Shown here: piece by piece, positions 61,388 through 64,000 of the stretch
How positions within the stretch are numbered: the first letter of the stretch is position 1
Layout: every line of letters starts with the position of its first letter
NCBI GenBank assembly: GCA_005223125.1
Contig: NJBH01000010.1
Location: forward strand, 1 to 64,000
DNA: 64,000 bases
Source of the DNA: Promethearchaeota archaeon Loki_b32
GTDB lineage: Archaea; Asgardarchaeota; Lokiarchaeia; Sigyniarchaeales; SOKP01
Reading direction: 5' to 3'
Position numbers and translations under genes: made by a program
Notes under the pieces: generated by a model
The model's input: the letters and a program-made list of their open reading frames with translations, nothing else
Database searches by the model: none
Told to the model about the DNA's origin: nothing

Positions 61388-63439
61388 ATGATAAAAGCTG
61401 CGAGAGAATTTTCGAATTTTGATGTATTCGTAATTGTTAAAGAATTAGATTTGATCTTGAGTAATGGTACAATTTTAAACATATATGAGATAGAGGATTT
61501 ATTGATTGTTAAAATCAACACCACTTCTGGAAAGAAAAATTTAATTGTTAAAAAAGATGCTCGAGTTAATTTAACTGAATATGATTATCCTATTCCTAAT
61601 TATCCCAGTCAATATATTAGTTCTTTAAGGAAATTTTTAAAAAATCGACGGATTTTAAAAATTTTCCAACACCAATTTGATAGAATTATCATATTTGAAT
61701 TAAGTAATAAGGATGGCCAACCTTGGAAATTCGTCATAGAATTATTTAATAAAGGGAACTTCTTGTTGTTAGATGAAGAAAATATCATTAAAATAGCCAA
61801 AAAGTATAGGAAATTTAGAGATAGAGAAATTTTGGCTAAAAAAAAGTACTCCTTTCCCAAATCTCAAGGTCAGAATTTTTTAACGATGAATAAAGATGAA
61901 TTTAAAGATTTATTTAAAAACTCTGATGTAGAGATTGTTAGAGATCTTTCTAGAAAAATTCACATTTCTGGTCTTTATAGTGAGGAAATATGTCATAGAG
62001 GAAAAATTGATAAAAGTGAGATTGGGAAAAACCTTACTGATGAGGACTATGAAATTTTATATGATTCTTTCAAACATTTAAGAAATCAATTATTATTTGG
62101 CCAAATAAATGCCCAGATTATCTTTGATCAACACGGGAAACAAATTTCAGTACTTCCATTTGAAATTGAAATTCTAAAAGAAAATGATAAAAAGCAGTTT
62201 ACTTCGTTTAATGAAGCTGTTGATGAATTTTTTTCAAAGATTGATTCTGAGATTTTAAAAAGTCCAGAAGATCAAAAAATTGATGAGAAAATTAAAACTC
62301 ATGAAAAAATATTAAAAAATCAAAATGAATATCTTATAGAGCTTAAGAGTAAAAAGGAAAAATATTATAGAATTGGAGAATTAATTTTTGCGAATTTAGA
62401 TTCATTAGAAAAATTGAAATCTGTAATTCTAGAGGCAAAATCAAAAGGTTATACTTGGGAGGAAATTAACAATAAACTAAAAATAGCAAAACTGGAAAAT
62501 TTAAATGGAACGGAATTCTTCGAAAAAGCTATTCCGTCTACTAATCAAATGTTAATCAGGATTAACAATGGTGATGTTTATATTGATTTAAGGAAAAGCA
62601 TAGGGGAAAATGCAAATATTATTTATTCTAAGGGGAAAAAAGCGGAAAAAAAAATTACTGGAACAATTGATGCTATTGCTAAAATCCAAAAAAAACTTAA
62701 TAAACTAAAACTTGAGAAAGAATCAAAAGAAAATGAAGTCGACTTTCTCATAAAAAAGCCAAAGAAAAAATGGTATGAGAAATTCAGATGGTTTATTTCT
62801 TCCGATCATTATCTGATTATCGGAGGAAGAGATGCTACATCTAACGAAATCATTTTTAAAAAATATATTGATCCCCACGATTTAGTTTTTCATACAAATA
62901 TCCCGGGTTCTCCATTAGCGGTAATCAAAAATCTTGAAAATAAGAAAATCCCTTTAAGTACTATCCAAGAGACCGCTGATTTTGTCGCAAGTTATTCACG
63001 TGCATGGAAAGAGACCTGGGGGATTGTAGATATCTTTTATATCCTCCCAGATCAAATTTCCAGAAGTCCTCCATCAGGTGAGTTTTTACCAAAGGGATCC
63101 TTTATAATTTCTGGTAAAAAAAATTTTATCAAGAATGCAAAAACAAAGTTAACAATTGGATTAAAAATCATTGAATTAGAAACAGACTCCAATAATAATC
63201 GTAGAATTTTTTACCCTAAAATTATTTCTGGTCCAGAGTTTGCAATAAAAAAGCAAACGGAAAATTTTATTACTATTATTCCATCAAAATCTGGTGGTTT
63301 AACAAAAGGAAAATTAGCTAAAGAGATTAAATCAATATTTATTAGAAATAGTGTTAAAGATTTAAGAATGTGGGTAAAATTGTTATCCATAGATGAAATA
63401 ATCCTCTATTTACCAAGTGGAATTTCAAAGATTGAGTGA
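61388..63439 (+). CDS. rqcH: Ribosome quality-control factor Rqc2/NEMF (NFACT family)
   Basis: FDRII, ELFNKGN, WYEKFRWF, GGRDATSNE, SGEFLPKGSFIISG. Confidence 0.93.
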   Translation: MIKAAREFSNFDVFVIVKELDLILSNGTILNIYEIEDLLIVKINTTSGKKNLIVKKDARVNLTEYDYPIPNYPSQYISSLRKFLKNRRILKIFQHQFDRIIIFELSNKDGQPWKFVIELFNKGNFLLLDEENIIKIAKKYRKFRDREILAKKKYSFPKSQGQNFLTMNKDEFKDLFKNSDVEIVRDLSRKIHISGLYSEEICHRGKIDKSEIGKNLTDEDYEILYDSFKHLRNQLLFGQINAQIIFDQHGKQISVLPFEIEILKENDKKQFTSFNEAVDEFFSKIDSEILKSPEDQKIDEKIKTHEKILKNQNEYLIELKSKKEKYYRIGELIFANLDSLEKLKSVILEAKSKGYTWEEINNKLKIAKLENLNGTEFFEKAIPSTNQMLIRINNGDVYIDLRKSIGENANIIYSKGKKAEKKITGTIDAIAKIQKKLNKLKLEKESKENEVDFLIKKPKKKWYEKFRWFISSDHYLIIGGRDATSNEIIFKKYIDPHDLVFHTNIPGSPLAVIKNLENKKIPLSTIQETADFVASYSRAWKETWGIVDIFYILPDQISRSPPSGEFLPKGSFIISGKKNFIKNAKTKLTIGLKIIELETDSNNNRRIFYPKIISGPEFAIKKQTENFITIIPSKSGGLTKGKLAKEIKSIFIRNSVKDLRMWVKLLSIDEIILYLPSGISKIE

Positions 63440-63444
63440 AAAAA

Positions 63445-64000
63445 TTAAGCTTTATTTAACCAACGTCTAATTTTAACTATATTTCTATAGTCATCAAATA
63501 ATATACCATCAATTTTCATATTAATCAGAGATTTAATATTAAAAATTGGATTTTTATATGAAATGAAGTCCCAGACTAAACATTTTACATTATTTATATG
63601 ACATGTTTCGATGAATTCAACATTTACTAAATTGGATCTTAAACTTATCATATCTGGTTTGAACTTTAACTTTTTAAGTTTCCCTAATTTCAAAAATTCA
63701 TTAAATCTAAGTTCTATTCCTTTTGTAATATTATAACAAATTCTACTGTTAGAGTAAACAGATTTTATATATTCCAAATCTGTTAAGTTCCTCCCACTAA
63801 AAATGCAATCTTCTAATAAATCATACTTTTTAACCAAATTTGGTACTATATTTCTCAAATTATACTCTTTTAATTCTATCATGAATTTGATTTTACCCTT
63901 AAAATCTTTTAAAACTTGGGACAAAAGAGGGACTTTAAAATTATATTTTATGGTTCCATATTTCATTATTTCATTGTAATTATAATTCTTTATTAATCCA
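63445..64000 (-). CDS. Glycerophosphodiester phosphodiesterase family (partial, 5' end outside window)
   Basis: Frame open to window edge (GLIKNYNYNEIMKY...); VPLLSQVL, MIELK, IDGILFDD. Confidence 0.8.
   Translation of the reverse strand, partial: GLIKNYNYNEIMKYGTIKYNFKVPLLSQVLKDFKGKIKFMIELKEYNLRNIVPNLVKKYDLLEDCIFSGRNLTDLEYIKSVYSNSRICYNITKGIELRFNEFLKLGKLKKLKFKPDMISLRSNLVNVEFIETCHINNVKCLVWDFISYKNPIFNIKSLINMKIDGILFDDYRNIVKIRRWLNKA

Noticed and set aside
751-61860. Many short antisense ORFs in the track (e.g. 751-990, 19041-19592, 22748-23248, 40745-41059, 57607-57801)
   Set aside because: They lie opposite or overlap well-supported genes and have Ser/Phe/Ile-rich shadow composition typical of antisense frames.

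Overview
Very AT-rich archaeal chromosomal DNA whose gene content points to an Asgard archaeon, most likely Lokiarchaeia (inference from Rab-like and Rag-like GTPases, roadblock and longin proteins, HEAT-repeat membrane protein and archaeal information-processing genes). Mostly core genome: intein-containing MCM, GINS23, topoisomerase VI A/B, Smc-ScpA-ScpB, a degenerate Cdc6, valS, coaBC, pyrE, pyrI, trpB2, Rqc2, a glycyl radical enzyme, an orphan DNA methyltransferase and a MoxR-vWA-SWIM operon. Several elements are missing from the ORF track. (1) A 16-codon leader peptide with four Trp codons (MATVKNITWQWPWRWQ) lies 150 nt upstream of trpB2, followed by competing hairpins and T-tracts: a candidate ribosome-mediated tryptophan attenuator in an archaeon. 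(2) A box C/D sRNA has a D guide predicting 2'-O-methylation of the 23S P-loop G2251 equivalent. (3) tRNA-Ala(CGC) carries a 30-nt intron at non-canonical position 32/33. (4) Two genes appear to start at ATT. (5) tnpB is a single frame with one amber codon, next to an internally deleted EndoQ relic. Protein-level highlights: a 1484-aa Smc with no recognisable hinge, replaced by a duplicated helical unit at the exact midpoint, and a longin protein with a folliculin/SMCR8-like arginine-finger motif near a Rag-like GTPase. All calls are by-eye motif recognition; no searches were run.
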